DNA of 64,000 bases from Verrucomicrobiota bacterium (GTDB taxonomy: Bacteria > Verrucomicrobiota > Kiritimatiellia > UBA8416 > JBHORK01), in contig JBHORK010000002.1 of NCBI GenBank assembly GCA_042565725.1, positions 5,049-69,048 on the forward strand, written 5' to 3'. Below, piece by piece: positions 48,258-57,817 of this stretch. The notes under the pieces are model-generated. The model was not told the DNA's origin. It worked only from the letters and a program-made list of their open reading frames with translations, and did not search any database. Each line of letters starts with the position of its first letter. The first letter of the stretch is position 1. The position numbers were made by a program, and so were the translations under genes.

Positions 48258-49358
48258 TCACGGTGAACCGCTTCCCTGCGTCTTCGTTTCTCTGCTCAGC
48301 TTCTCATCCATGTCTTTCAGCGCTTTATCAGCCTTATCAAGCAGTCTTTGCAACGTACTCTTGCTCTTCCTCTTCCCCAGAGCCTCAAGGAATTCACAAT
48401 AAGATTTAACCACGCTTTCAAATTCCTTTCCTCTGCCAATACTGCAAAACTGAAGACTTAATATTTTGCTTTGCGTAAAGACCGGTATCCATTCAGCCTC
48501 TCTCAAGTCAATGAGATCACGAAACCTCACACATTTAAACGAGTCTGACAACGACAAATCAATACCAGAATCACCCGGATAAAGCAATAGCTGAGCCTTG
48601 AATTGGTCAACCATTTGCTGAGTAACCACACCGGGCTGATACACCATGCGTTGTTGCTTCAAAATCCAATTATCCCATTCTCCTTCAAGATCCGCAATTG
48701 ACCCACAACCCGGAATACAAGCAACAAACCATTCCGGAGAGAGAGGCTCTCCACCCCCTGATCGAACAAAAAGTTTCTCAAAAAAAACCTTTTTCTCCTC
48801 CGACTCAAAAGAAGTGATCCATGCCCATAACATACCACTCATTGCTTTTTCCAAGTCGGCAAGAGAAGCCTCCGATTTCTCACGTTTAATATTTCTCGAC
48901 CTGATAAACTCGGTCAGGGTAGGCATAGAACCTGTGCTCCACTTTCCGGAAATAAGTTGGACGCTCCACGCTTTCCGTACCGGATAGAGATTATGCATCA
49001 AGCCTTGAACCAGCCAGCGCGAAACTGTTTTTATCTTGGTCTGCTTAGGTGACACCGATGCTAAATGCTCAACATAACTACTCAAAAGCAAGCTACAAAA
49101 TGCTTCTTCTGCTTCTCCTCGACTCAATTGTTCAAGATTGTAGAAGATGAGGTCCTGAATAAACTTGTCATCGCGGCGCACTTGAGCGATCACAGCACGA
49201 CCACTGGTATCCTCATCATCCCAACGCACTATAATGCGTGTCATGCTGGATTCTTTATGGGGTAATTCGATCCCGACTGCCTGCTCAACGTTCTTCGCAA
49301 GAAACTCAGCCCATCTTGCAAGGTCGACATTGATCCCGCTATCAGAACTCACAACCAT
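48258..49358 (-). CDS. hypothetical protein (366 aa)
   Basis: Long uninterrupted ORF co-oriented with its neighbours. I recognise no motif. The last codons are repeat-derived. Confidence 0.5.
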   Translation of the reverse strand: MVVSSDSGINVDLARWAEFLAKNVEQAVGIELPHKESSMTRIIVRWDDEDTSGRAVIAQVRRDDKFIQDLIFYNLEQLSRGEAEEAFCSLLLSSYVEHLASVSPKQTKIKTVSRWLVQGLMHNLYPVRKAWSVQLISGKWSTGSMPTLTEFIRSRNIKREKSEASLADLEKAMSGMLWAWITSFESEEKKVFFEKLFVRSGGGEPLSPEWFVACIPGCGSIADLEGEWDNWILKQQRMVYQPGVVTQQMVDQFKAQLLLYPGDSGIDLSLSDSFKCVRFRDLIDLREAEWIPVFTQSKILSLQFCSIGRGKEFESVVKSYCEFLEALGKRKSKSTLQRLLDKADKALKDMDEKLSRETKTQGSGSP

Positions 49359-49550
49359 AAAACGCCGCGAGCGGCTCTTTGTTACCTTCTGGCTGAGAAA
49401 CCGTTCCCTAACAAGATTTTTTGACTGATTAGTTTCTGCTGCAAAGGTATCGAAAACACATGAACACAGAATACACAGGATTGAAAGATAGCGGTTGACC
49501 CCTGAATACTGACTTCTGAATGCTGACTTCTGAATTCTCTCTTCTCCCTG

Positions 49551-50240
49551 TTATTTCTTGATCGTAACAGACAGTTTGCCTTTTGAGGCACTCAGCTTAG
49601 TAACACTCCTGAAAGGTTTCCATTCTTTTTCGTTCGCCACCATATTACAAACTGATTTGACAGCCACATTCTTCCATGGCCCCATTAAACGAAGATGCCC
49701 AATCCATGCCTTTCTCACTGCGACTCTGCCTCCCTGCACCGGAACGCAAAAGAGATCATAAGATATCTTTGGTTCAATCACCAGAGAACTTATTTTCCAC
49801 GACCAGAGAGGACGCACCACCCGCACAGCAAAAAACCTATCATGAACACGGAACCCCACATAATCGGCTTTTATCTTCTCCGCCTTGGAATACTCAAAAT
49901 ACCCGTTAATATCCTCCTCTTTCAGGGTCTCAGACATCGACTTTTTGCTGCCAACCGCGACAAATGATCGAAGCTGTCGTTCAAGCCTGCGCTTATTGTA
50001 ATGTGTTCCTTTCCTACCAATTGGTTTTACCTTTGGCCAGAATACCAAAGCAACAACCAAGGCCAGCAATACCAACACACCATAAAGAAATTTCTTCCAA
50101 TGCTTAAGAAACCAGTTTTCCCTCAAACTTTCGGACACTGCCTCACTGCTCAAATTCGTAAGATCAAGCTTGCTTCCACATCCTGTGCAGAAAACCCGAC
50201 CAAGTTCATTCTCCGCACCGCACTTATCACACAATATCAT
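49551..50240 (-). CDS. zinc-ribbon membrane protein
   Basis: MILCDKCGAENELGRVFCTGCGSKL (CxxC...CxxC), then TM FLYGVLVLLALVVALVFW. 4-nt overlap with the upstream fmdB-like gene. Confidence 0.6.
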   Translation of the reverse strand: MILCDKCGAENELGRVFCTGCGSKLDLTNLSSEAVSESLRENWFLKHWKKFLYGVLVLLALVVALVFWPKVKPIGRKGTHYNKRRLERQLRSFVAVGSKKSMSETLKEEDINGYFEYSKAEKIKADYVGFRVHDRFFAVRVVRPLWSWKISSLVIEPKISYDLFCVPVQGGRVAVRKAWIGHLRLMGPWKNVAVKSVCNMVANEKEWKPFRSVTKLSASKGKLSVTIKK

Positions 50241-50551
50241 GACGTCTCTCCTTTTTGTGAAGCTGTCTTTTTCGCCCGCGTTCCAGAAGAGACAGTCTCT
50301 GTCTTTTTCTTATCTCCGCTCTTAGCAGCGGACTCGCTTTTTTCACGTTTCGCGCCTTCCTTGTAACTATCGCTCCGGTAGTCGGTCTGATAGAAACCAC
50401 TCCCTTTGAAAATAATACCAGCACCTGTTCCCATAAGGCGTCTCACTTTATGACGGCATTTCGAACAGCGCTTTACAGGCTTGTCGTTTATCCCCTGAAA
50501 ACGCTCAAAATGAAACCCGCAATTCTCACACTCATATTCGTAAGTAGGCAT
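50237..50551 (-). CDS. FmdB-family zinc-ribbon protein
   Basis: MPTYEYECENCGFHFERFQGINDKPVKRCSKCRHKVRRL. Confidence 0.75.
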   Translation of the reverse strand: MPTYEYECENCGFHFERFQGINDKPVKRCSKCRHKVRRLMGTGAGIIFKGSGFYQTDYRSDSYKEGAKREKSESAAKSGDKKKTETVSSGTRAKKTASQKGETS

Positions 50552-50671
50552 TGTTTAAATCCTTGTCTTGTATCCCCTGTAACGTAAAAATGTAACGTTC
50601 CAGAGCCCAAATGTCAAACTTGCACACAGCCGCTATTTTCTCGTATCCCCGCTTTTCCTCTTCCTTTGACC

Positions 50672-50713
50672 CCTGAATCCTGAATCCTGACTTCTGAATC
50701 CTGACTTCTGAAT
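50672..50713. repeat. CTGA-core heptamer array
   Basis: cctgaat cctgaat cctgact tctgaat cctgact tctgaat. A similar array lies at 49501-49550. Confidence 0.85.
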
Positions 50714-50749
50714 TGCGCCGCCGGACAAATTCTTTTAATCTATACGGTA

Positions 50750-51604
50750 ATGTTTGATCTGCAATCATATCTAGAGAAAAGAAAGAAAATTATCGGCGCG
50801 GCGCTTGAAACAAAACTGCCGTCAGAAAAAACACGCCCGGAACTCCTGCATAAAGCAATGCGGTATTGCGTGTTCTCCGGCGGCAAGCGTTTAAGACCCA
50901 TTCTATGCCTTGCCGCCGCCGAAGCTGTCGGGGGCACTGCTGAAGCCGCGCTCCCGTCGGCACTGGCAGTAGAAATACTGCACACCTACACTCTTATCCA
51001 TGATGACTTGCCATGTATGGACGACGACAATATGCGGCGCGGCAAACCAGCTTGTCATGTGGAGTTTGATGAAGCAACTGCAATCCTGACCGGCGACGCA
51101 TTACAGACTCTGGCATTCGAGATCCTTGCCGAGACAACAGCACCCGGCCCATATCCACCCAATCAGTTTTTGAAAGAACTGTCTTATTCTGCCGGAAGCA
51201 GAGGAATTGTGGGCGGCCAGGCTGAAGACATTTTCTTCTCAAAAAGCAAACGGGATTCCGCCACTATCAATTATATTCATCTTCACAAAACGGCTTTTCT
51301 CTTTCGAGCATCGGTAAGAATGGGCGGCATTGCGGGAGGAGCAACAAAAGATCAATTAGCATCTCTCACCGAGTACGGCACCAATATAGGTCTTGCGTTT
51401 CAGATCATTGACGACATTCTCGACCACAGTAACGAAGAAAATACAGATAAAGCAACATGCCTTGCATTATATGACCTCGACTCAGCCCGCACGAATGCAC
51501 ATCTTTCAGTAAATACCGCTGTCTCTGCTCTGGCAAAGTTTGAAAGTTCCCGCATAAAGCCCATGCATTCAATCGCTCGATTTGTTATAGAAAGAAAAAT
51601 ATGA
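50750..51604 (+). CDS. ispA: polyprenyl diphosphate synthase (FPP/GGPP synthase type)
   Basis: LIHDDLPCMDDDNMRRGKP (FARM) and FQIIDDILD (SARM). Confidence 0.85.
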   Translation: MFDLQSYLEKRKKIIGAALETKLPSEKTRPELLHKAMRYCVFSGGKRLRPILCLAAAEAVGGTAEAALPSALAVEILHTYTLIHDDLPCMDDDNMRRGKPACHVEFDEATAILTGDALQTLAFEILAETTAPGPYPPNQFLKELSYSAGSRGIVGGQAEDIFFSKSKRDSATINYIHLHKTAFLFRASVRMGGIAGGATKDQLASLTEYGTNIGLAFQIIDDILDHSNEENTDKATCLALYDLDSARTNAHLSVNTAVSALAKFESSRIKPMHSIARFVIERKI

Positions 51605-52260
51605 ATAAAATCCTGATATTTATCGTCTGCGCTTCTGCATCCTATCTGTTGGGCGCTATACCGTTTGGCTACATCATTGCCCAAGCCAAAGGAATCGATA
51701 TCAGGAGAGTCGGCAGTGGAAATATCGGTGCCACTAATGTGTTCCGTACTGTCGGCAAAGGATGGGGCATTCTTACTTTTCTCTGTGACGTCCTGAAAGG
51801 GTTTATCCCTGCGTTCTTTTTTCCATTAATATTAGAACGATTCAGCATGGCTGAAGGCAAACTGGCACTGTCAATAGTGTGCGCCTGTTTTGCGGTAGCC
51901 GGCCATAACTGGCCAGTGTATCTGCGGTTCAAAGGAGGCAAAGGCGTGGCAACAAGCGCCGGAGCACTCCTCGGCGTTGCACCCGTCCCCCTTATCATCG
52001 GATTGATCTCATGGTTAGCTATATTCATGTTCACACGATATGTATCACTCGCGTCCATCACAGCCGCATTAGCTATTCCTGTTTCAGGCTGGTTTCTATA
52101 TTTCAAACAAAGCAGCCTGATACCCAGCGGCATACTGGCGCCTGCGCTCCTTACATTGCTCGGATTGGCTGCCGTCTGGCGGCATAAATCCAACATTCAA
52201 AGACTGATAAGAGGGAATGAACACAGATTTGAATTTGGCAGGAAAAACCATAAGGTTTAA
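51601..52260 (+). CDS. plsY: glycerol-3-phosphate acyltransferase PlsY
   Basis: GSGNIGATNVFR, GGKGVAT; ATGA overlap with ispA. Confidence 0.9.
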   Translation: MNKILIFIVCASASYLLGAIPFGYIIAQAKGIDIRRVGSGNIGATNVFRTVGKGWGILTFLCDVLKGFIPAFFFPLILERFSMAEGKLALSIVCACFAVAGHNWPVYLRFKGGKGVATSAGALLGVAPVPLIIGLISWLAIFMFTRYVSLASITAALAIPVSGWFLYFKQSSLIPSGILAPALLTLLGLAAVWRHKSNIQRLIRGNEHRFEFGRKNHKV

Positions 52261-52282
52261 TTGTTTTAAACAGGGACTAGAC

Positions 52283-53278
52283 ATGAAGAAAAATATTACA
52301 ATTATCGGTGACGGCGGCTGGGGAACCGCCCTGGCTATCGTTCTTACACAAAACGGGCATAACGTTACCGTCTGGAGTCCGTTTCCATCACACGTTGAAC
52401 TGATTCTCGAATCCAGAGAGAACAAACTATTTTTACCCGGCGTTGCGCTCCCCTCAGAAATTAATTGGACAACCAATCATAAAGACTCCGTCAAGGATAC
52501 ACATCTTGCCGTATTGGCAGTTCCAACGAAGTATTTCCGTTCAGTTTTGAAATCATTTGCCGATATTCTTTCTCCCCAATGCCCCATCTTAAGCGTAGCC
52601 AAAGGGCTGGATCAGGAAACCCGCAAACGAATGACACAGGTTGCTGAAGAAATCCTGGGCCCCAGACTCACAGCGGCATTGTCAGGCCCCAGTCATGCCG
52701 AAGAAGTAGCAAGAAACATCCCAACAGCAGTAGTAGCTGCTTCCAGCAACCAGGAATACTGCAGAGAAATTCAGAATATATTTTCAAATAAGCGCTTCAG
52801 GGTTTATTCCTCCGAAGACATAGCGGGCACTGAACTTGGTGGAGCGCTCAAAAACATCATTGCAATCGCTGTAGGCATGAGTGACGGACTCGGTTTTGGC
52901 GACAATACCAGAGCCGCATTAATTACCAGAGGACTTGCTGAAATTACGCGTCTTGGATGCGCCAATGGAGCAAAAGCTCTTACGTTTTCAGGACTCAGTG
53001 GAATGGGTGATCTGATCGTCACATGCACCAGCAAATTAAGCCGAAATCGATCTGTAGGCGAAAAACTCGGTAAAGGCGAGAATATTGCTCAAATAATGAA
53101 AAACATGAGCCATGCAGCCGAAGGGGTATGGAACTGCGCTATAGCCCGCGATATGGCCCGAGAGGCTGATGTGGAAGTGCCCATTACAGACGAAGTACAC
53201 GCCATTATCAGCGAAGGCAAAAACCCGCTGGACGCCGTGCAGTCACTCATGGAACGCGAAATGAAACCCGAAGCTTAA
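52283..53278 (+). CDS. gpsA: NAD(P)H-dependent glycerol-3-phosphate dehydrogenase
   Basis: MKKNITIIGDGGWGTALAIVL, GPSHAEEVA, GALKNIIAIAVG. Start at ATG 52283. Confidence 0.9.
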   Translation: MKKNITIIGDGGWGTALAIVLTQNGHNVTVWSPFPSHVELILESRENKLFLPGVALPSEINWTTNHKDSVKDTHLAVLAVPTKYFRSVLKSFADILSPQCPILSVAKGLDQETRKRMTQVAEEILGPRLTAALSGPSHAEEVARNIPTAVVAASSNQEYCREIQNIFSNKRFRVYSSEDIAGTELGGALKNIIAIAVGMSDGLGFGDNTRAALITRGLAEITRLGCANGAKALTFSGLSGMGDLIVTCTSKLSRNRSVGEKLGKGENIAQIMKNMSHAAEGVWNCAIARDMAREADVEVPITDEVHAIISEGKNPLDAVQSLMEREMKPEA

Positions 53279-53384
53279 CCGATCGTTTAGGAATGGTGTC
53301 TAAAAACCAAAGAACTCAGGAAAAAGGATGTTTCGGAAAATGTCTCTTCCTTGGCGGCAGTATGGCCTCCATAGGTATTAAGCG

Positions 53385-53447
53385 AACATCGAACACTGAA
53401 CGTTCAACTTCGAAGTTCGATGTTGGATGTTGGATGTTCAAACAATA
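53385..53447. repeat. heptamer word array with internal palindrome
   Basis: atcgaac actgaac gttcaac ttcgaag ttcgatg ttggatg ttggatg ttcaaac. Confidence 0.7.
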
Positions 53448-53485
53448 TTCACGCTAAAGAACGGAGAAAACGGTCTTAATCAACT

Positions 53486-53839
53486 CTATTTTCCAGAATA
53501 ATAGGATAAATGCCTGAGGAGGTCTTCTTCATCAAAAGGCTTAACAATATATCCTGACACACCAAGCGCAAACATCTTGCTGATCATTGACTTATCCGCA
53601 TGCGCTGTAACAAGTAAAACTTTGGTATCAGGAGACAATTCAGCATTATTCATGAACCATACCCCATCATTTTTCGGCATTTTGTAATCAACCAACACAA
53701 AATCGTAATGCTTATTTCTCAACATTGTTATGGCATCCTGGGCGTTTTCCGCGCAATCAACATCGTAATTATGGTTGACAAGAATATTAGCCACTACTTC
53801 CAGCAATTCTTTATTATCATCTAAAACGAGTATTTTCAT
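53486..53839 (-). CDS. stand-alone response regulator receiver (CheY-like)
   Basis: MKILVLDDNKELLE...FVLVDYKMPKNDG...LLVTAHAD...IVKPF. Start at ATG 53839. Confidence 0.85.
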   Translation of the reverse strand: MKILVLDDNKELLEVVANILVNHNYDVDCAENAQDAITMLRNKHYDFVLVDYKMPKNDGVWFMNNAELSPDTKVLLVTAHADKSMISKMFALGVSGYIVKPFDEEDLLRHLSYYSGK

Positions 53840-54250
53840 AAGCTTAAAAAATAAGTCTGAATATTGCAGAAGGTTTCCAAAACCCACACAATATCCAGTA
53901 TTAGAAAAGCATAAGATGTGCCAGTGAATAAATCTCGCTATTCTTTTCAGGTGCTTAATTAATAAACACCGTAAAAACCGAGGAAAATTCGTAATTCGAC
54001 TGTTGACGCAATTACCCGCGAGAAGTCCGCAATTATTAATAATGATAATAATTCTCAAAGGATGAGAAGAAAGATTGATACGGCGAATGGGCGACGCGGG
54101 GACACGGGGAAAGGTGATAGGTTTCAGGGAAACTGGAAACTTGAAATTGGGAATAAAGAGGACGAAGAAGGAATCCGTTTTCCAAAAAATTCAACTCCTC
54201 TGCGAACTCTGCGAGAGATTATTATTTCGATTCGGCAAAACCTCACGTGA

Positions 54251-56131
54251 TCAGCCTGCAGCAATCTCTACCTTTGCCTTTTTACCCCGCTGCATTACTA
54301 ACTGAGCAATATGCAGACCTTGGCTCACCGACCAATAAAGCATCAACCCCGAACCAACGTTATAGAGCATAGCCAGCATCATTACCGGCATCATTATCTT
54401 CATCATCTTCTGCTGCTGCGGATCACCACTCGAAGGGGTGAACTTGAACTGCAGAAACATTGTAACAGACATAATTATCGGAAGAATGTTAAGCGCATCC
54501 CAGCCCAGCAAGGGGATCTTAGACCCGAATTCAATCAGTCGTTCCGGCTCACTTAAATCTTTAATCCAGAGAAAATTCGCAAATCTCAACTCAACCGCAC
54601 TACGCAATACGCTAAACAGCGCAATAAACACAGGGATCTGAACAACCATCGGCAAACAGCCCATCATCGGATTCACCTTGCGTTCTTTATATATAGCCAT
54701 GACCTCCTGGTTCATTTTCCTGGGATCATCCTTATATTTCGTGCGCAATTCCGCCACCAACGGCTGAACCTCCTGCATCTTCTTCATATTCTCTGTGCTT
54801 TTGTGGGTTATAGGCCAGAAAATTAACCTGACTATCACTGTAAGAAGAATGATTGCCACTCCATAATTAGGAATTACCCCGGAAATAGAATTAAGCGTCC
54901 ATAACAATCCTATGCACAGCGACCTGAACCAGCCGCAGTAGCGCCATGCCCTGAACATTATTTTGTCCTGATTATTGCCAAGCTGCTTTAAAATATCGTA
55001 CTTTTTAGGACCCACGTAATAACTTACTTCCCTGCTCAAAGACGCGCCGGGCTTAAGCAGGCTTTCTTGAAAAGACATGCTCGCCGATACTTCCTGAAGT
55101 GTCGGTGAACCCGCCCATGTACGCGGGTTTTCCGGATCTTCCTTCTCTGATATAAGACGCCTTGCATTTAAAAGATATCCTTTGCCGCTCCCTTCCGGCG
55201 TCAGAATCTGCATAAAAAACTTGTTCTTCGCCGCTATCCAATCGGTCTCATCCGTAATCGATACACTAATAGATTTCCGTAACGGTTCGCGCAGTCGCGG
55301 CTTAAAACAGCCTACCCCACGCCGATAATCCGGATCAAAACGCTGACTGAGAGACTTGGAATTCTCCTTTGTAGGACCACCCTTGGACCAATGGACAACA
55401 TCTTCCCCCCCGGCAGATGCCAGAGTATCAAGCCCCAGATATGAAATACCCCTTGTGGTTGCCTTGGTCTGAACCATCTGCATGGGACCAATACTAATAC
55501 CATACCCGGGTAAAGTTATCGGCATTGAGCTTTCGTTTAAAAACACATCCTTTATTTTTAAAACATAACCTTCTGAAATCGTAATAGTCCGATCAAACTT
55601 AAGGCCGGATTCAACAGTTTTAGTTACAAGCACAGAGTCACCGGAATCATTCAGTTCAATACCAAAATCATTGTTTGTAGAAAACTCAGTGAAACCGGTA
55701 AGTGACAATGCCGGCTGACCTGCGAAATCGAGACACACAGGGTCACTCTCTTTGTCTACAGCCGCTCTGTAATTTTTGAGCTCGGAAAGCACTATTCCGC
55801 CGCCCCGTGACGAAACAGTTACCTTCATTACGTCGTTATCAAGAGCAATTCTCTTCTCCGGCGGGAGATGAGACGGCTCCGGAACCGACGTTTTGAGGTC
55901 CTGAGCCAGCGGCGCATCCTTATCACCTGCATCCTCTACCGGCAATAGACCTTTGTCAGATATTGCCTTTGCGCCAGCGTTGGTATGAACCGTCATATGT
56001 TCACCGCTTACCTCCTCTGTTTCCTGAATACCCTTCTGATCCTGCGGTGAACGTTGTGTCTTGCTGAACCACATCCATGCAAACAGCAAAACAGAAAGAA
56101 AAATAACAATGCTCAGATCCTGTTTATTCAT
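54251..56131 (-). CDS. yidC: membrane protein insertase YidC
   Basis: NYGVAIILLTVIVRLIFWPITHKS, MGCLPMVVQIPVFIALF. Large periplasmic domain; 626 aa. Confidence 0.9.
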   Translation of the reverse strand: MNKQDLSIVIFLSVLLFAWMWFSKTQRSPQDQKGIQETEEVSGEHMTVHTNAGAKAISDKGLLPVEDAGDKDAPLAQDLKTSVPEPSHLPPEKRIALDNDVMKVTVSSRGGGIVLSELKNYRAAVDKESDPVCLDFAGQPALSLTGFTEFSTNNDFGIELNDSGDSVLVTKTVESGLKFDRTITISEGYVLKIKDVFLNESSMPITLPGYGISIGPMQMVQTKATTRGISYLGLDTLASAGGEDVVHWSKGGPTKENSKSLSQRFDPDYRRGVGCFKPRLREPLRKSISVSITDETDWIAAKNKFFMQILTPEGSGKGYLLNARRLISEKEDPENPRTWAGSPTLQEVSASMSFQESLLKPGASLSREVSYYVGPKKYDILKQLGNNQDKIMFRAWRYCGWFRSLCIGLLWTLNSISGVIPNYGVAIILLTVIVRLIFWPITHKSTENMKKMQEVQPLVAELRTKYKDDPRKMNQEVMAIYKERKVNPMMGCLPMVVQIPVFIALFSVLRSAVELRFANFLWIKDLSEPERLIEFGSKIPLLGWDALNILPIIMSVTMFLQFKFTPSSGDPQQQKMMKIMMPVMMLAMLYNVGSGLMLYWSVSQGLHIAQLVMQRGKKAKVEIAAG

Positions 56132-56133
56132 CT

Positions 56134-56373
56134 CTAATACTCCATCACTTCATTACTCTTTTCCGGGACATAATCCTCTCCGCCCGGATGGAACGGATGA
56201 CATTTGCATAATCTCAGAAGAGTCAGCCATAACCCTTTCAAGCAACCATGTTTGCTTATAGCAGTTATGCAATAACTCGAACAACATGGATAAAAACGAC
56301 AACAATCACCAAACAGAGGAGAAAGCGCCTTCTGATATGCCTTAACTATAAAAATTAATACTTTCCTGATCAT
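56134..56373 (-). CDS. yidD: membrane protein insertion efficiency factor YidD
   Basis: KAYQKALSPLFGDCCRFYPCCSSYCITAISKHG. Confidence 0.9.
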   Translation of the reverse strand: MIRKVLIFIVKAYQKALSPLFGDCCRFYPCCSSYCITAISKHGCLKGLWLTLLRLCKCHPFHPGGEDYVPEKSNEVMEY

Positions 56374-56427
56374 TATTTTCGTATTTCGTATTTCGTATTT
56401 CGTGAAGCGTATCTCGTATTTCGTTTA

Positions 56428-56776
56428 TTAAAGCTTCTTTATCAAACTCTTTATCATTCTTGATTCATGATCCAGCATCTCAAGTATATTGTCTTTTTCA
56501 TTTTCGCCAATGTAGCCAATGAGTCTCTAATTCCGCACAAGAACCCTGTGCCACATAGAGAAACTGACGATATTCCTTGTTATGAAATCGGCCAAACCCT
56601 TCGGCAATATTGGAAGGAACAGAAATAGCCGCACGTCTCATCTGGCTTATCAGTCCATATAGCTCATCTTTTGGGAATTCTTTCGTAATTCTATATATCT
56701 CAATCACTATTTGCATTCCCTTTTGCCATACATCCAAATCCCTGAAGTTTCTTATCTTAGTTTCTTTTCTTTCCAT
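56428..56776 (-). pseudogene. four-helix-bundle protein (23S rRNA IVS protein / Avd-like family), internally deleted and frameshifted
   Basis: Frame 1: MERKETKIRNFRDLDVWQKGMQIVIEIYRITKEFPKDELYGLISQMRRAAISVPSNIAEGFGRFHNKEYRQFLYVAQGSCAELETHWLHWRK*. The expected C-terminus (R)LIGYIGENEKDNILEMLDHESRMIKSLIKKL* continues in another frame from about 56525. Confidence 0.65.
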
Positions 56777-56789
56777 GTTCCCTCTTTAA

Positions 56790-56885
56790 CGAAATACGCT
56801 TCACTCTTCACGAGATACGTTTCACGAAATACGCTTCACGCCTCACGCTTCACGCCTCACGCTTCACGCCTCACGCCTCACGCTT
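56790..56885. repeat. CACGC/CGT-core heptamer array
   Basis: cgaaatacgcttcactcttcacgagatacgtttcacgaaatacgcttcacgcctcacgcttcacgcctcacgcttcacgcctcacgcctcacgc. Supplies the last 4 codons and stop of rnpA. Confidence 0.85.
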
Positions 56886-57305
56886 TAAAATTCCCGCTTT
56901 CCTTGCCAGAACAATAAGATCCTTTTCAACATCCTGCCTGGATGCCTTCAAGATCCTGCGCCGTGCAAGAAGCAACATATCATTGCTCGTATTAAATTTA
57001 CTGCGATTCAACCTAAACGCTTCTCTAAGCAATCTCTTCACTCTGGATCTATCCACAGACCTGCGAAAAGAGGCCTTGGCGGCAATAACGCCAAGCCGTA
57101 AACTCGACCCCTCGCCGGTTCCCTGATAGAGCACCATGTGTTTTCCAACATAGCGCAGTCCTTCCTTAAGAACTTCTCCTATCTCTCGGGAATTGGTAAG
57201 ACGCTGTGAACGTGAAAGCCGCACGCAAGGTTTGCCAGATAAAATCTTTGAAACTTCCTGCTTCGGAGTATCGGATCGCATGGATTCTCTTTTTCGAATA
57301 TTCAT
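56871..57305 (-). CDS. rnpA: ribonuclease P protein component
   Basis: RLGVIAAKASFRRSVDRSRVKRLLREAFRLN. Position between rpmH and yidD. Exact start uncertain. Confidence 0.8.
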   Translation of the reverse strand: MNIRKRESMRSDTPKQEVSKILSGKPCVRLSRSQRLTNSREIGEVLKEGLRYVGKHMVLYQGTGEGSSLRLGVIAAKASFRRSVDRSRVKRLLREAFRLNRSKFNTSNDMLLLARRRILKASRQDVEKDLIVLARKAGILKREA

Positions 57306-57376
57306 CCATTAATCCAGCGTCGTCACTCGCAAGCGGCTGGCTTGGCACGTGGGCCGACGTGGCATCTCCATATCCT

Positions 57377-57511
57377 CTACGCACTGAGTTTCTTTCGACC
57401 TTTCTTCCGGCGGCGAGCAATCACTTTTCTTCCGGTCGCTGAAGACATTCTAGCCCGAAACCCGATTTTTCTTTTACGTTTCTTTTTTGACGGTTGATAT
57501 GTTCTCTTCAT
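57377..57511 (-). CDS. rpmH: 50S ribosomal protein L34 (44 aa, not in ORF track)
   Basis: Own translation: [44 protein letters not shown]. Confidence 0.9.
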   Translation of the reverse strand: MKRTYQPSKKKRKRKIGFRARMSSATGRKVIARRRKKGRKKLSA

Positions 57512-57741
57512 TTTTTGCTATATCCCATAATTAAGGGTGGTAAGGCTAGCAATATGCGCAAAGATGTCAAGCGCAGGATCAATAAGAATTCTTTTGGCTG
57601 TGATGTAAGCTTTCTGGAGAAATTATATGTTAAAAACTTAATTTATTATATTTCCTGGAGCACTGGAGCACTGGAGTGTTGGAGTAATGATTAATTCTTC
57701 TTCCAATATTCCATCTTTATGTTTTATTTGTTTTGTCCTCT

Positions 57742-57769
57742 GGATCCATAGGATCCAACGGATCCGAGG
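57742..57769. repeat. GGATCC-NNN nonamer x3
   Basis: ggatccata ggatccaac ggatccgag. Confidence 0.8.
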
Positions 57770-57817
57770 ATTATTATTGATCAATCCAACAACGCAAATG
57801 ACTCCAACAATAACTCT

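Noticed and set aside
53840-54058. N-terminal 73-aa extension of the response regulator ORF
   Set aside because: It is an AT-rich, Cys/Phe/Ile-rich translation typical of non-coding DNA. The canonical receiver start MKILVLDD is at 53839.
57512-57817. Replication origin next to rpmH
   Set aside because: There is no dnaA gene adjacent and no cluster of TTATCCACA-like boxes. The gap is occupied by word repeats.
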